Assembly: GCA_035480535.1 (NCBI GenBank)
Contig: DATIHQ010000121.1
Location: forward strand, 1-56,477
Direction: 5' to 3'
From: Chlamydiales bacterium
GTDB lineage: Bacteria; Chlamydiota; Chlamydiia; Chlamydiales; SM23-39
Length of the DNA stretch: 56,477 nt
The stretch's first letter is position 1, and each line of letters opens with the position of its first letter. A program made the translations under genes and the position numbers. The notes beneath the pieces were generated by a model. That model made no database searches. It saw nothing but the letters and a program-made list of their open reading frames with translations, and was not told where the DNA came from. This document shows, piece after piece, positions 35,740 through 48,425 of this stretch.

Positions 35740-37028
35740 AAACCCTATTTGAAAAATTGGGGAAAGAAGCTACTCTGTCCATGAGATTTATGGAAGAACA
35801 CCCGCAGGCCCGTTTCATTGTAGAAACTCTCGCAAAAGCAGGCTTCATCGCCTACTACGCGGGCGGTTGGGTGCGCGATTTCCTGTTGAATCACCCTTCC
35901 GACGATATCGATATTGCCACCAATGCCCCGCCCGAGACGATTCAAGCCCTTTTTCCCCACACCGTCCCGATCGGCATCGCCTTTGGGATCATCCTGGTCA
36001 TCGTCGATGGGCGCCAGTATGAAGTGGCCACCTTTCGCCAAGATCTCGATTACAAAGATGGGCGCCGCCCCACGCGCATTGCGTTCGCCACGGCTGTGGA
36101 AGATGCCAAAAGACGCGACTTTACAATCAATGGGATGTTCTACGATCCGCTAAAAGAGGAAATTTTCGACTACGTGCATGGGCGCGAGGATCTAGAGGCC
36201 AAAATCATCCGCGCGATTGGAAATCCCCATGAGAGAATTAAGGAAGATCGCCTGCGGATGATCCGCGCGGTGCGCCTGGCTTGCCGCTTCTCTTTTCACA
36301 TTGAATCAGACACGGAGCGCGCTATCCGCGCGCATGCAAATGAGCTCTTTCCCGCCGTTGCGATCGAGCGGATTTGGCAAGAGTTTACGAAAGGACATGA
36401 TTTTGGCAAACTCCGCCCGATGCTCATCCAGCTTCATGAGTTTGGACTCCTCGGCGCCATTTTCCCTGCCCTCAAAGAGGTCCCTCTTCCAGAAATCGAG
36501 GATCGGCTTCACCCCATTAAAGATTATCCGATCGACGCCCCCGTCATCGCCTCTCTTCTTCCCCTTTTTCCCCATTTTATTCTTGCTGAACAACTCGATC
36601 TCGCTAGAAAACTCAAACTCTCCAATCAGGAGCAGCAATTTGTCACCTATCTCTTCCATCTTCGAGAACTCATCCACGCAGAACACGCCCGCCCCATTGA
36701 GCTGGCCGAATGGGCCTATGCCTATGCCAATCATTTTTCTAAAATCTCGCTGCAAATCATCGGCGCTCATTTGGAGCCGCGCCGCCGCGCTGCCTACTTT
36801 AAGGAACATGAAGAGCGAATCGCCCTTCTTCACCTGAGCATCCAGCGCATCCAAAAACATGACCCCGTGGTCAAATCGGGCAATTTGATCGACGCAGGCA
36901 TTCTCCCCGGGAAAACCATGGGACTTCTCCTCAGCGAAGCCGACCGGATCGCGATCAATGAACAACTTCATGAACCCGCGCCCATCATCGAGCGCCTGAA
37001 ACAGACATCTCTATGGCCAAATACCTAA
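35736..37028 (+). CDS. CCA tRNA nucleotidyltransferase / poly(A) polymerase family
   Basis: AGGWVRDFLL, DIDIAT, EVATFR, DAKRRDFTINGM, EDRLRMIRAVR; start 35736 (TTG) or 35780 (ATG). Confidence 0.92.
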   Translation: MKTLFEKLGKEATLSMRFMEEHPQARFIVETLAKAGFIAYYAGGWVRDFLLNHPSDDIDIATNAPPETIQALFPHTVPIGIAFGIILVIVDGRQYEVATFRQDLDYKDGRRPTRIAFATAVEDAKRRDFTINGMFYDPLKEEIFDYVHGREDLEAKIIRAIGNPHERIKEDRLRMIRAVRLACRFSFHIESDTERAIRAHANELFPAVAIERIWQEFTKGHDFGKLRPMLIQLHEFGLLGAIFPALKEVPLPEIEDRLHPIKDYPIDAPVIASLLPLFPHFILAEQLDLARKLKLSNQEQQFVTYLFHLRELIHAEHARPIELAEWAYAYANHFSKISLQIIGAHLEPRRRAAYFKEHEERIALLHLSIQRIQKHDPVVKSGNLIDAGILPGKTMGLLLSEADRIAINEQLHEPAPIIERLKQTSLWPNT

Positions 37029-37732
37029 TCCTATTTATTATTTTTTCGCTTCATGCCGAAATCATTGAAACCAATCAGATGGAAGACATCCTTCCCCACA
37101 TCGATGAAACTACATGGGTTCTATTCGACATCGATAACACTCTCCTCGAATCCTCGATACAAGCGGGAAGAGCTGAGTGGTTTCACCATGAAATAAGAAA
37201 ACTGGTAGCTCAAGGACTCGACAAAGAAACAGCCGAAGAACTCTTTTATCCCGACTGGGATCGCTTTATGAATCATTGTCCTATTCGCACTCCTGAACCT
37301 GAGATAGCCAGCCTCGTCAAAAAAGTGCAGAAGCGGTGCGCCGCTTCGTTTGCCCTCACCTCCCGCCACCCTCCTCTTTCCAACCTCACTCTACGGCAAC
37401 TGAAACAGTTGGACATCGACTTCTCCCGCCATGCCCCCGCTTCCGTTCTCCTTAAAACTCCTCATCCGACTCATTGGGAAGAAGGGATCCTTTTCGCCTC
37501 TCATCACAACCCAAAGGGAACGCTTTTCCGCCAATTCCTCGAAAAATCGAAGAAACAGCCCCCGAAGATTGTTTTTATCGATGATACCAAGCATCACCTG
37601 CTCGATATGGAAATGGAATTAGAAAAATTGGGAATTGAGTTTATCGGCGTCCATTATACGAAAACGTTTGAACGCCCTTTTGAAGCCGAAGTGGCCGAGA
37701 GAGAATTTCAGGAAATTTTAGACCGTTTATGA
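37013..37732 (+). CDS. DUF2608-like HAD-fold protein with signal peptide
   Basis: LFDIDNTL, ALTSR, GILF...KG, VFIDD..HHL. Confidence 0.75.
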   Translation: MAKYLILFIIFSLHAEIIETNQMEDILPHIDETTWVLFDIDNTLLESSIQAGRAEWFHHEIRKLVAQGLDKETAEELFYPDWDRFMNHCPIRTPEPEIASLVKKVQKRCAASFALTSRHPPLSNLTLRQLKQLDIDFSRHAPASVLLKTPHPTHWEEGILFASHHNPKGTLFRQFLEKSKKQPPKIVFIDDTKHHLLDMEMELEKLGIEFIGVHYTKTFERPFEAEVAEREFQEILDRL

Positions 37733-38616
37733 CTTTGTCGCCTGCTGCAAGTTCCTTTCTCCAAAAGCGCACTCTAAATGAAAATGCGCACTACGATGGT
37801 ATGGTTTGGGCCTTTATCCAAAATGTAGCGAGTCGAGTCCGATGCGCTGCATTGACTTACCTAGCGAATAACCAAAATGTAACACCGCAGGGAGCTACTA
37901 TAAAAATTGTGATCCCTCCGAAGAAAATGGGACAAATCCTAGGAGCCTCGATCAATGAAATTAAACCTCCATTAAAGCCGCAACAGATGACAAAACTCCT
38001 TGCAGAAATGCGGGTCTTTTGCGATCAAATCAAAGCCAATGAGCTCTCCATTTCTTTAGAAGAATGTGCAAAAATTCTGAAAGAAGATATGGCTGGGTTT
38101 CTTCTTCTTTGGAAGAAAGAATTTCAAGCTAAATCTCATCGAAATTATATTGCCAAAATGCCTGGCCTTGAAATTATTGATATTTTTGAATCTGATTTCC
38201 CTTCCCATGTAAGAGCTGAAAAACCTGTGACAGATCTCTCTTGCCATAAATATGCCCTTTATCGTTCCGGGATCCGCATCCCCTTTGCCTTAGAGGGCAC
38301 AGAAAATCTTGCGAATGACGTTTTTCCCAGGCTGGGATTGCACCCCGTTCGAGAACCCAAAGCAGGAGATTTCGTAGTCTTTTTGAAAAACAAAGAACCC
38401 CAACATACGGGAATCGTTCGAGAAGATGGGAGAATCCTCTCCAAATATGGAGATGAGACCCCATTTGCGATCCTTCATTCTTTGGAAGATACCCCCGATT
38501 CCTATGGGAATCAAATTATTTACTATAGGAAATCTCCAAGTACGCTTGGAAACGCCCTTCTGCTTCTCGCCATTACAATCGCTCTACTTTGGATATTCGC
38601 TAGAAAAAGCTCTTAG
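37729..38616 (+). CDS. Hypothetical protein with C-terminal papain/NlpC-P60-like Cys-His domain and TM tail
   Basis: SCHKYAL ... PKAGDFVVF ... QHTGIV ... SKYG ... ILHSL ... YG; hydrophobic C-terminus. Confidence 0.65.
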   Translation: MTLSPAASSFLQKRTLNENAHYDGMVWAFIQNVASRVRCAALTYLANNQNVTPQGATIKIVIPPKKMGQILGASINEIKPPLKPQQMTKLLAEMRVFCDQIKANELSISLEECAKILKEDMAGFLLLWKKEFQAKSHRNYIAKMPGLEIIDIFESDFPSHVRAEKPVTDLSCHKYALYRSGIRIPFALEGTENLANDVFPRLGLHPVREPKAGDFVVFLKNKEPQHTGIVREDGRILSKYGDETPFAILHSLEDTPDSYGNQIIYYRKSPSTLGNALLLLAITIALLWIFARKSS

Positions 38617-39059
38617 ATTCTGACTGGTTGCCCTTGAACGACGAGAGTTGCATTGCGCTTTGCGCATTGGCTTAGAAAAGCACTCAAAAATAGGGGGCCT
38701 ACTTCATCACTACCGAAAAGCTGAACTTTATAGCCATTCATGACTAAAGCAGGGTCTTCCCCCTTGCTTATACTAACATCCAAAGAAACGCCCCCTTCTG
38801 CAAGCAGATTGACTTCGGGGAGGTCATTTAAATGAATTTTTACCACTTCAGCGATCTTTCTAGCGATTTTTTGCTCATCAGATGAAAAAATAATTGAGAG
38901 GCGGCGACAAAAGCCTAGAGAAAGTCTATCAACCAATTTTTTACTGACATCTTCGATCTGCCTGTCACCAAAATATTTATTACCATTGAATGTGTCGACA
39001 AAGCTAATCAAATCAAGACGATTAAATTCTTTTAATACATCAATATTGTTTCCAGACAT
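38613..39059 (-). CDS. Hypothetical protein (orphan, AT-rich)
   Basis: 148-aa ORF preceded by a consensus-like promoter. Confidence 0.65.
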   Translation of the reverse strand: MSGNNIDVLKEFNRLDLISFVDTFNGNKYFGDRQIEDVSKKLVDRLSLGFCRRLSIIFSSDEQKIARKIAEVVKIHLNDLPEVNLLAEGGVSLDVSISKGEDPALVMNGYKVQLFGSDEVGPLFLSAFLSQCAKRNATLVVQGQPVRI

Positions 39060-39092
39060 TATTATCTCTCAATTTTTATTAATTATCGTTCA

Positions 39093-39121
39093 ATTATACA
39101 TGAAATAAACGATACAATCAA
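39093..39121 (-). promoter_or_regulatory. Putative sigma66 promoter
   Basis: TTGATT-17 bp-TATAAT on the minus strand, 33 bp upstream of ATG 39059. Confidence 0.55.
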
Positions 39122-39153
39122 CCCTAAATAAAGATGAGCGTGTACGAAAAAAT

Positions 39154-40758
39154 TTATTTTTCAATTTTAAAGCTAAGGAGAGTGATGTCGTCGTGCTGCG
39201 GCACGCCTTGAGCATATAGATGAATTTCTTCAATCAGCTGATCGATGATCTGCTGCGACGATTCTTTCTTCTTGCGCAAGAGGAATTCATGCAGCCTCTT
39301 CTTCCCAAAAAGATGATCTTCTGGATCGTGAGCTTCAATCACCCCATCTGTGTAAATGAGCAAAAGATCGCCAGGGGATAGGGAGATCTGCGAGGTGGGC
39401 ACTACCTCTAATTTCTGCGCCCCCATTGCAATTCCATCGGTCCAAAGTTCTTGCAAATGGTCGCGGCGGCGCAAAATAGCTGGAGGATGTCCTTGGCTGC
39501 AATAATGCAAAACACCGCCCACGGGGTCATAAATTCCAATCCAAGCGGTGACAAACATGCCTGAATTGCGCGCATCGAGCCAGAAAAGATCATTCACCCG
39601 AAGAACCATCTCTGCTAGTTCTGTTGTCGTGCTGGCCAAGCTGCGAATCATGCTTCTCAATCCCAATGAATAGAGGCAAGCAGAAACCCCTTTGCCCGCC
39701 GTATCGGCCATCACAATCAATAACTTTCCATTTTCAAGGGGGAATAAGTCATAAAAATCGCCGCTCACTTCCAGTGCGGGAAGATATCCAGCTGCAATGC
39801 CAAGACCCGGAAAATCGGGCAAGTGGGTGGGCAAGAGGCTCTTTTGAATCTCATGTCCGATTTTCAGCTCTTCTGCAAGTCTTTCCCTTGCAATCCGCTC
39901 TTGCTCCGCTTCTTGTTGATGCGCCGATAAGGCATCGAGTGTCTCATTGAATTGTTTTCCAAGGGCATTGATTTCAAAGCCCATCCAATCGGGCGTATAG
40001 CGAACGTGAAGCGCTCCTTCAGTGACCCGTTCCATCGTCTTGCAAAGGCGATTTAAAGGCCTCGAGATCCGATGCATCAGCCATAAAACAAGGCCGCCCC
40101 CAATCACTCCAACAGAGAGGATCAGGATGGCAATCCGGTAGTAATAATCTTTCTTCTGCAGATCTTGAATCGAGGCGATGGGAACAGTCAAGACCAAGGT
40201 CATCGCCGTTCCTTCCACCGGTTCTTTCACCGTTAAAAGATCCTCATCGCTCACTTTCATATTCTCAGCTAAAACCCTCCCTTTCTGATCGAGCAAAGCC
40301 ATCCGAATTGGGTAGGGGGAGTCTTTTTCCTCCGATAGCCGCTCGATAAACTGGGTAAAGGGGATGGGAATCACGAGCGCATTCGTATACGATTCTTTTT
40401 TGCTGACAAGAAGAGCATCGCGGCGCCGGTCGAGCTTGGTAAAATGATCTTCCTCTTGATCGCGCAAGAGAACTTCTTCAATCTTTAGCTGTTTTGAATG
40501 TTCGGGAACATCGTGAATCACCGCGTCGAGAAGCGCCCAATCCATCAAAATCATCTGTTGGATCAGCCCTTCCCGCTCTTTAGCTAAAATCGTTAAAATC
40601 TCTTGGACATCTTCTAATTTTTGCTTATATTCCTGGCGGTACAAAAAAAGACTTTGAAGGAAGAGGGGAATGACAAGCAATAGAAGGCTCACCAGAAGAA
40701 CTCTTCTTGCTAAAGAACCTGTCGGATGATGCTTTTTAGTTATTTTCCAATCCGCCAT
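39154..40758 (-). CDS. rsbU: PP2C-family Ser/Thr phosphatase RsbU (2 TM, HAMP, SpoIIE)
   Basis: ELKIGHEIQKSLLP, VSGDFYD, ADTAGKG, MFVTAW, QGHPP, YTDGVIEA, DDITL; near eno as recalled for CT587/CT588. Confidence 0.88.
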   Translation of the reverse strand: MADWKITKKHHPTGSLARRVLLVSLLLLVIPLFLQSLFLYRQEYKQKLEDVQEILTILAKEREGLIQQMILMDWALLDAVIHDVPEHSKQLKIEEVLLRDQEEDHFTKLDRRRDALLVSKKESYTNALVIPIPFTQFIERLSEEKDSPYPIRMALLDQKGRVLAENMKVSDEDLLTVKEPVEGTAMTLVLTVPIASIQDLQKKDYYYRIAILILSVGVIGGGLVLWLMHRISRPLNRLCKTMERVTEGALHVRYTPDWMGFEINALGKQFNETLDALSAHQQEAEQERIARERLAEELKIGHEIQKSLLPTHLPDFPGLGIAAGYLPALEVSGDFYDLFPLENGKLLIVMADTAGKGVSACLYSLGLRSMIRSLASTTTELAEMVLRVNDLFWLDARNSGMFVTAWIGIYDPVGGVLHYCSQGHPPAILRRRDHLQELWTDGIAMGAQKLEVVPTSQISLSPGDLLLIYTDGVIEAHDPEDHLFGKKRLHEFLLRKKKESSQQIIDQLIEEIHLYAQGVPQHDDITLLSFKIEK

Positions 40759-40768
40759 ACTAATCTCA

Positions 40769-41508
40769 ATGGTAACAAAAAAGATCGTCAGCTTACAACA
40801 TCCGCTTGTCAAACACTGGGTCCAGCTCCGCGCCCATAGACCCTATCGGGAAGAGAAAAAACAGCTTCTTCTCATGGGAGAAAAGACCATTCGGGAGCTC
40901 GCTGAAAAATATCTTATAAAAACTCTCATCACCCTAGCTCCAGCCCCCGAAATCCCCGCCTCAGAACACTACATTGTCTCAGAAGCGATCCTAAAAAAGA
41001 TCACTGGACTGGAAGCGCCCGATGGATTTGCCGCCGAAGTGGCTCTCCCTGAGCCTCGCGACGTGAGCACAAAGCAATCCGTTCTGATCCTAGACCAAAT
41101 TAGCGACCCAGGCAATCTAGGTACTCTCCTCCGCACAGCCCTAGCCCTCGGCTGGGACGGGGTGATTTTTACCCCCGGAACAGTCGATCCCTTTAACGAC
41201 AAAGCCCTGCGCGCCTCCAAAGGAGCCATTTTTCATCTCCATTATTCCCATCTCACGCCTGAAGAAATCACTGCCTGGTTTAAAGAAAAAAGAATCCATG
41301 CCTATGCAGCCGATTTAGAGGGGCAACCGCTTAAGGGAAGCGCTTTCAAACTCCCCATCGCCCTCATCTTAAGTCATGAAGCGCTTGGACCGGCCACTTG
41401 GGCGCTAGAAACTGCAACGAAGATCACCATTCCAATGGCCCCTTCTGTTGAATCTCTGAATGTGGCCGCTTCCGGTGCCATTCTTCTCTATCAAATGAGG
41501 CCGATTTC

Positions 41509-41512
<4 letters not shown>
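40769..41512 (+). CDS. TrmH/SpoU-family RNA methyltransferase
   Basis: DPGNLGTLLRTA, RASKGA, SHEALG, ESLNVAAS. Confidence 0.92.
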
Positions 41513-44651
<3,139 letters not shown>

Positions 44652-44737
44652 TTGCCCTTAAATCTCAGCCTATTACCAGCCCCTCTTGAATAAAACGGGC
44701 ATCCCCTCTATTTGTTGGGTTTTTAAAGGGGGGGATT

Positions 44738-45121
44738 ATGCGATATGCGGTGGCGCTTTTCGGCGAGGCGGAGAAAGGATCTTTTAAAGCCCCCCATATT
44801 CTCCGCGAGCTGCCCCAACTCATCGACCGCTTGGGCAATCCCCCACCTGAGAGCCATGGACTGTTTTTCGCTGTGCAAGCGCTTCTCTTTGAGAGGGAAA
44901 TCATCTTTTTCCGCGTTGCAGAAGAGGGATTTAGCAAGCTCGATTATTTTGAAGGGCTCCGCTATCTGGGGAACCGGGAGAAAACGAAACGGCTCAGCGC
45001 CCTTTGCATTCCCGGCGTAGGCGATAACGAAATCATCGATGCCTCGCAAAACATCTGCCAACTGCACAAAAGTCTTCTGATTACGACACAAAAAGATCTC
45101 TACGATTACCTTACGTCCTAG
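44738..45121 (+). CDS. Conserved chlamydial small protein; resembles a tail-sheath domain
   Basis: [36 protein letters not shown]; G-rich SD. Confidence 0.75.
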   Translation: MRYAVALFGEAEKGSFKAPHILRELPQLIDRLGNPPPESHGLFFAVQALLFEREIIFFRVAEEGFSKLDYFEGLRYLGNREKTKRLSALCIPGVGDNEIIDASQNICQLHKSLLITTQKDLYDYLTS

Positions 45122-46505
45122 TCATCTTTTTGGGGACGACGAGGCGATCAAATTCAGCCCCCGTTAAATAGCCTAGCTTTACACAGGCTTCCCGCAGGGT
45201 GATATTCTTCACGTAGGCCAAATGGGCGATTTTGGCCGCTTTATCATATCCAATGACTGGATTGAGCGCTGTGATGAGCATCAGCGAATTGCGGACATAT
45301 TCAGCGATTTTCTTCCGATCTGCTTTTAATCCCGCTACACAATATTTCTCAAACATCTGAACCGACTCTGTCATCAGCAAAATCGAATGGAGCAGATTGT
45401 GGATAATGATTGGCTTATAGACATTCAGCTCGAAATTGCCCTGCGAGCCTGCGATTCCAATGGCTGCATCATTTCCCATCACTTGGACGGCCACCATCGT
45501 CAGCGCCTCGCACTGCGTTGGATTCACTTTCCCCGGCATGATGGAGGAGCCGGGTTCATTTTCTGGCAAAATTAATTCATGGATGCCGCATCGAGGGCCT
45601 GAGCCAAGCCAGCGGACATCATTGGCGATTTTCATCAGCGCGCAGGCTGTTGTTTTCAGCGCGCCGCTAGCAAAAACGATTTCATCGTGTTCTGAAAGGG
45701 CGGCAAATTTATTTGGATGAGAGCAAAAGGGCAACCCAGTAAAGTCAGCTACTTTCTTTGCCACCTTCTCCCCAAACTTCGCGGGCGCATTTAACCCCGT
45801 TCCTACTGCCGTGCCACCGATGGCCAACTCATAAACTCCCTCCAGCGCCATCTGTATCCTCTCCATATTTCGCTCTAAAAGAGAGACATAGCCAGAAATT
45901 TCCTGACCTAAAGTCAGCGGCGTAGCATCTTGCAAGTGAGTCCGGCCGATCTTTACGATCCCTGCGAACTCTTTTTCTTTTTTTTGAAACGTCTTTTTCA
46001 ATTGATTGAGCGCCGGAAGCAATCGCCTGGAAATCTGCAGTGCTGCTGCGACATGCATTACGGTTGGGTAGACATCGTTAGAAGATTGGGACAAATTGAC
46101 ATGGTCATTGGGATGAATCGGTTCTTTGCTGCCCCGTTTCTTGCCAGCCAATTCATTCGCCCGATTGGCAATGACCTCATTGGCGTTCATATTGCTCTGC
46201 GTGCCGCTCCCCGTCTGCCAAACGCTCAGAGGAAAATGGGCATCCAATTTTCCCGCAATCACTTCATCTGCGGCCTTAACAATTAGATCTCTTCTTCGCT
46301 GATCGAGCTTGCCCATCTCGAAATTCACCAAAGCGCAGGCTCTCTTCACAATGCCAAAGGCACGGATCATTTCGGGGGGTTTTACATCGCGGCCGATCGC
46401 AAAATGTTTCAGTGAGCGCTCTGTTTGCGCGCCCCAATACTTATCCGCAGGGATTTTTACTTGTCCCATGCTATCGCTCTCGACGCGAAATCGCTTCTTG
46501 ACCAT
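45111..46505 (-). CDS. fumC: Fumarate hydratase class II
   Basis: [55 protein letters not shown]. Confidence 0.98.
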   Translation of the reverse strand: MVKKRFRVESDSMGQVKIPADKYWGAQTERSLKHFAIGRDVKPPEMIRAFGIVKRACALVNFEMGKLDQRRRDLIVKAADEVIAGKLDAHFPLSVWQTGSGTQSNMNANEVIANRANELAGKKRGSKEPIHPNDHVNLSQSSNDVYPTVMHVAAALQISRRLLPALNQLKKTFQKKEKEFAGIVKIGRTHLQDATPLTLGQEISGYVSLLERNMERIQMALEGVYELAIGGTAVGTGLNAPAKFGEKVAKKVADFTGLPFCSHPNKFAALSEHDEIVFASGALKTTACALMKIANDVRWLGSGPRCGIHELILPENEPGSSIMPGKVNPTQCEALTMVAVQVMGNDAAIGIAGSQGNFELNVYKPIIIHNLLHSILLMTESVQMFEKYCVAGLKADRKKIAEYVRNSLMLITALNPVIGYDKAAKIAHLAYVKNITLREACVKLGYLTGAEFDRLVVPKKMTRT

Positions 46506-46552
46506 TCTCCCAGGCTATAACGGATCCAATCTGAACAGTCAAGCCGAAGAAA

Positions 46553-47131
46553 TCACTTAAAGTATTCGGCTAACCCCTGCTCATTCGGCTTCATCGCCTT
46601 GGCCCCCGCTTTCCAGTTGGCAGGGCAAACTTCGCCATGCTCTTCATGAAAAATTAGGGCATCGATGAGGCGAAGTACTTCATCCACCGAGCGGCCAAGG
46701 GGAAGATCGTTGACGAGTTGATGGCGGACAACTCCTTCCCGATCGAGGAGGAATAGACCCCGATAGGCAATTCCATCTTCTTCTTTAAGAACATGAAAGG
46801 CGCGCGCGATCGACTTATGGATGTCAGAGACTATTGGATAGGATACCCCTTGGATGCCCCCTTTCGATTTTGGCGTATTGAGCCAAGCAGAGTGGGAAAA
46901 CCAACTGTCGATCGAACATCCAATGACCTGCGTATTTCGTTTCTCAAATTCTTTGAGTTTTTCTTGGAATGCGTGCAACTCCGTGGGGCATACAAATGTA
47001 AAATCGAGAGGATAAAAGAAAAAAACAATGTATTTACCCAAGAAATCAGAAAGAGAAAAGTCATCGTAGACTTTATCCTTCACTACTGCTTTCGCCTTAA
47101 ATTCAGGCGCTTTCTTACCAACAAGAGACAT
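46553..47131 (-). CDS. ahpC: 2-Cys peroxiredoxin
   Basis: YPLDFTFVCPTE, GRSVDE, EVCPANW. Confidence 0.95.
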   Translation of the reverse strand: MSLVGKKAPEFKAKAVVKDKVYDDFSLSDFLGKYIVFFFYPLDFTFVCPTELHAFQEKLKEFEKRNTQVIGCSIDSWFSHSAWLNTPKSKGGIQGVSYPIVSDIHKSIARAFHVLKEEDGIAYRGLFLLDREGVVRHQLVNDLPLGRSVDEVLRLIDALIFHEEHGEVCPANWKAGAKAMKPNEQGLAEYFK

Positions 47132-47141
47132 ATTGACCTAC

Positions 47142-47750
47142 CTATGTTTTATCCAACCAATCTTCCTGACCGATCGTCGTATCTTTTCCATGGCCGGGGA
47201 TGACCCGTGTTTCAGGAGGGAGCTTCGCCAACTTATGCAAGCTCTCCCACATCAAAGAAGAGTGGCTCGTGGGCAAATCAACCCTCCCAGTGCACCCCCT
47301 AAATAACGTGTCGCCTGAAATCAAAACCCCTTCTTTTCTAAAATAAAAGCAGACGCCTCCCGGCGAGTGGCCTGGTGTATGAATGACCTCGACTCTCAAA
47401 TCGCCTACCTCAAGCCCCTCAGATAGAAAAAGATCTGGAACTACCCCTTGAATAGAGGAATGACCGAGGCCATCCGATCCTGGATGTTCCACGTTGCCCG
47501 CATCCAATTCATGGACATAGACAGGGGCCCCCGTCTTTTCCTTTAAAACAGAGAGATCGGCGATATGATCCCAATGGGAATGAGTTAAAAGAATTTTTTC
47601 AATCTTTAGGTCGATTTCCTTCGCCTTAGCCAGAATCGCCTCCGTGGACCCCGATGGCGAATCTACGACGGCCCCTTTCTTTGTCCGGGGGCAGCCAAAC
47701 AAGATCGCATTCGTCTGGATAGGTCCATAGCAAAATTTAAATAGAATCAT
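47142..47750 (-). CDS. MBL-fold metallo-hydrolase (glyoxalase II/YcbL-like)
   Basis: THSHWDH, HTPGHSPG, SGDTLF, PGHG. Confidence 0.9.
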   Translation of the reverse strand: MILFKFCYGPIQTNAILFGCPRTKKGAVVDSPSGSTEAILAKAKEIDLKIEKILLTHSHWDHIADLSVLKEKTGAPVYVHELDAGNVEHPGSDGLGHSSIQGVVPDLFLSEGLEVGDLRVEVIHTPGHSPGGVCFYFRKEGVLISGDTLFRGCTGRVDLPTSHSSLMWESLHKLAKLPPETRVIPGHGKDTTIGQEDWLDKT

Positions 47751-47756
47751 ATGGAT

Positions 47757-47830
47757 TGCACTGGAGAGGATTCGAACCTCTGACCCCCTGGTTCGTAGCC
47801 AGGTACTCTATCCAACTGAGCTACCAGTGC
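47757..47830 (-). tRNA. tRNA-Arg(ACG)
   Basis: GCACTGGTAGCTCAGTTGGATAGAGTACCTGG-CT-ACG-AA-CCAGGGGGTCAGAGGTTCGAATCCTCTCCAGTGCA; full cloverleaf; 3' CCA not encoded. Confidence 0.97.
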
Positions 47831-47933
47831 CTAGAGTTATCCATCATCTCCCAATGGTCATCTAAAAATCAAGGGCTTTATAGCACATTTTTCTTTGTGA
47901 AAAAGCCCCCTCAAAATTAAACTCTGCCCTCTT

Positions 47934-48425
47934 ATGACACCTTTACGCTTATTTTCTACTTATGTCCGGCCTGTGCTTGACCTCCAAGAGATCGCAAATA
48001 AATCCCATGATTTTATTCGACTCTTTAAACAAGAAGGCTTGCGCAAGAAATATTGTGGACCTCATGCTCTTGCGACCCATTTAGACCTTTCCTTACAAAA
48101 AACCAAAGACTTTGTGAAAAAATTTGATCTCGCTAAGGTAAACAAGGAAGGGACATCTGCGGGTCAAATATTCGACGTACTAGACGATCTTTCTTCTGGG
48201 GCCGTTTGCCGATCTCCAACGGTCTCTCTCATTCAAGACTTAATCCAACGGAAAAAGTCATTTCTCGCCACAATTCCCAGCACTCAAAATCCAAAGATAT
48301 CTCATTGGGTAACAGTTGTGGGAATAAGCCGCGATGCTTATAAATATCTGGATTACGGAGAGTTTAAATTCATCTCTAAAGAAGATTTCTTTAAGAGCTG
48401 TCCTAAAATTGTCTTTAACGAGTGA
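47934..48425 (+). CDS. Hypothetical peptidase C39-like (papain-fold) protein
   Basis: YCGPHALA ... SHWVTVVG ... YLDYG (Cys-His-Asp order). Confidence 0.6.
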   Translation: MTPLRLFSTYVRPVLDLQEIANKSHDFIRLFKQEGLRKKYCGPHALATHLDLSLQKTKDFVKKFDLAKVNKEGTSAGQIFDVLDDLSSGAVCRSPTVSLIQDLIQRKKSFLATIPSTQNPKISHWVTVVGISRDAYKYLDYGEFKFISKEDFFKSCPKIVFNE

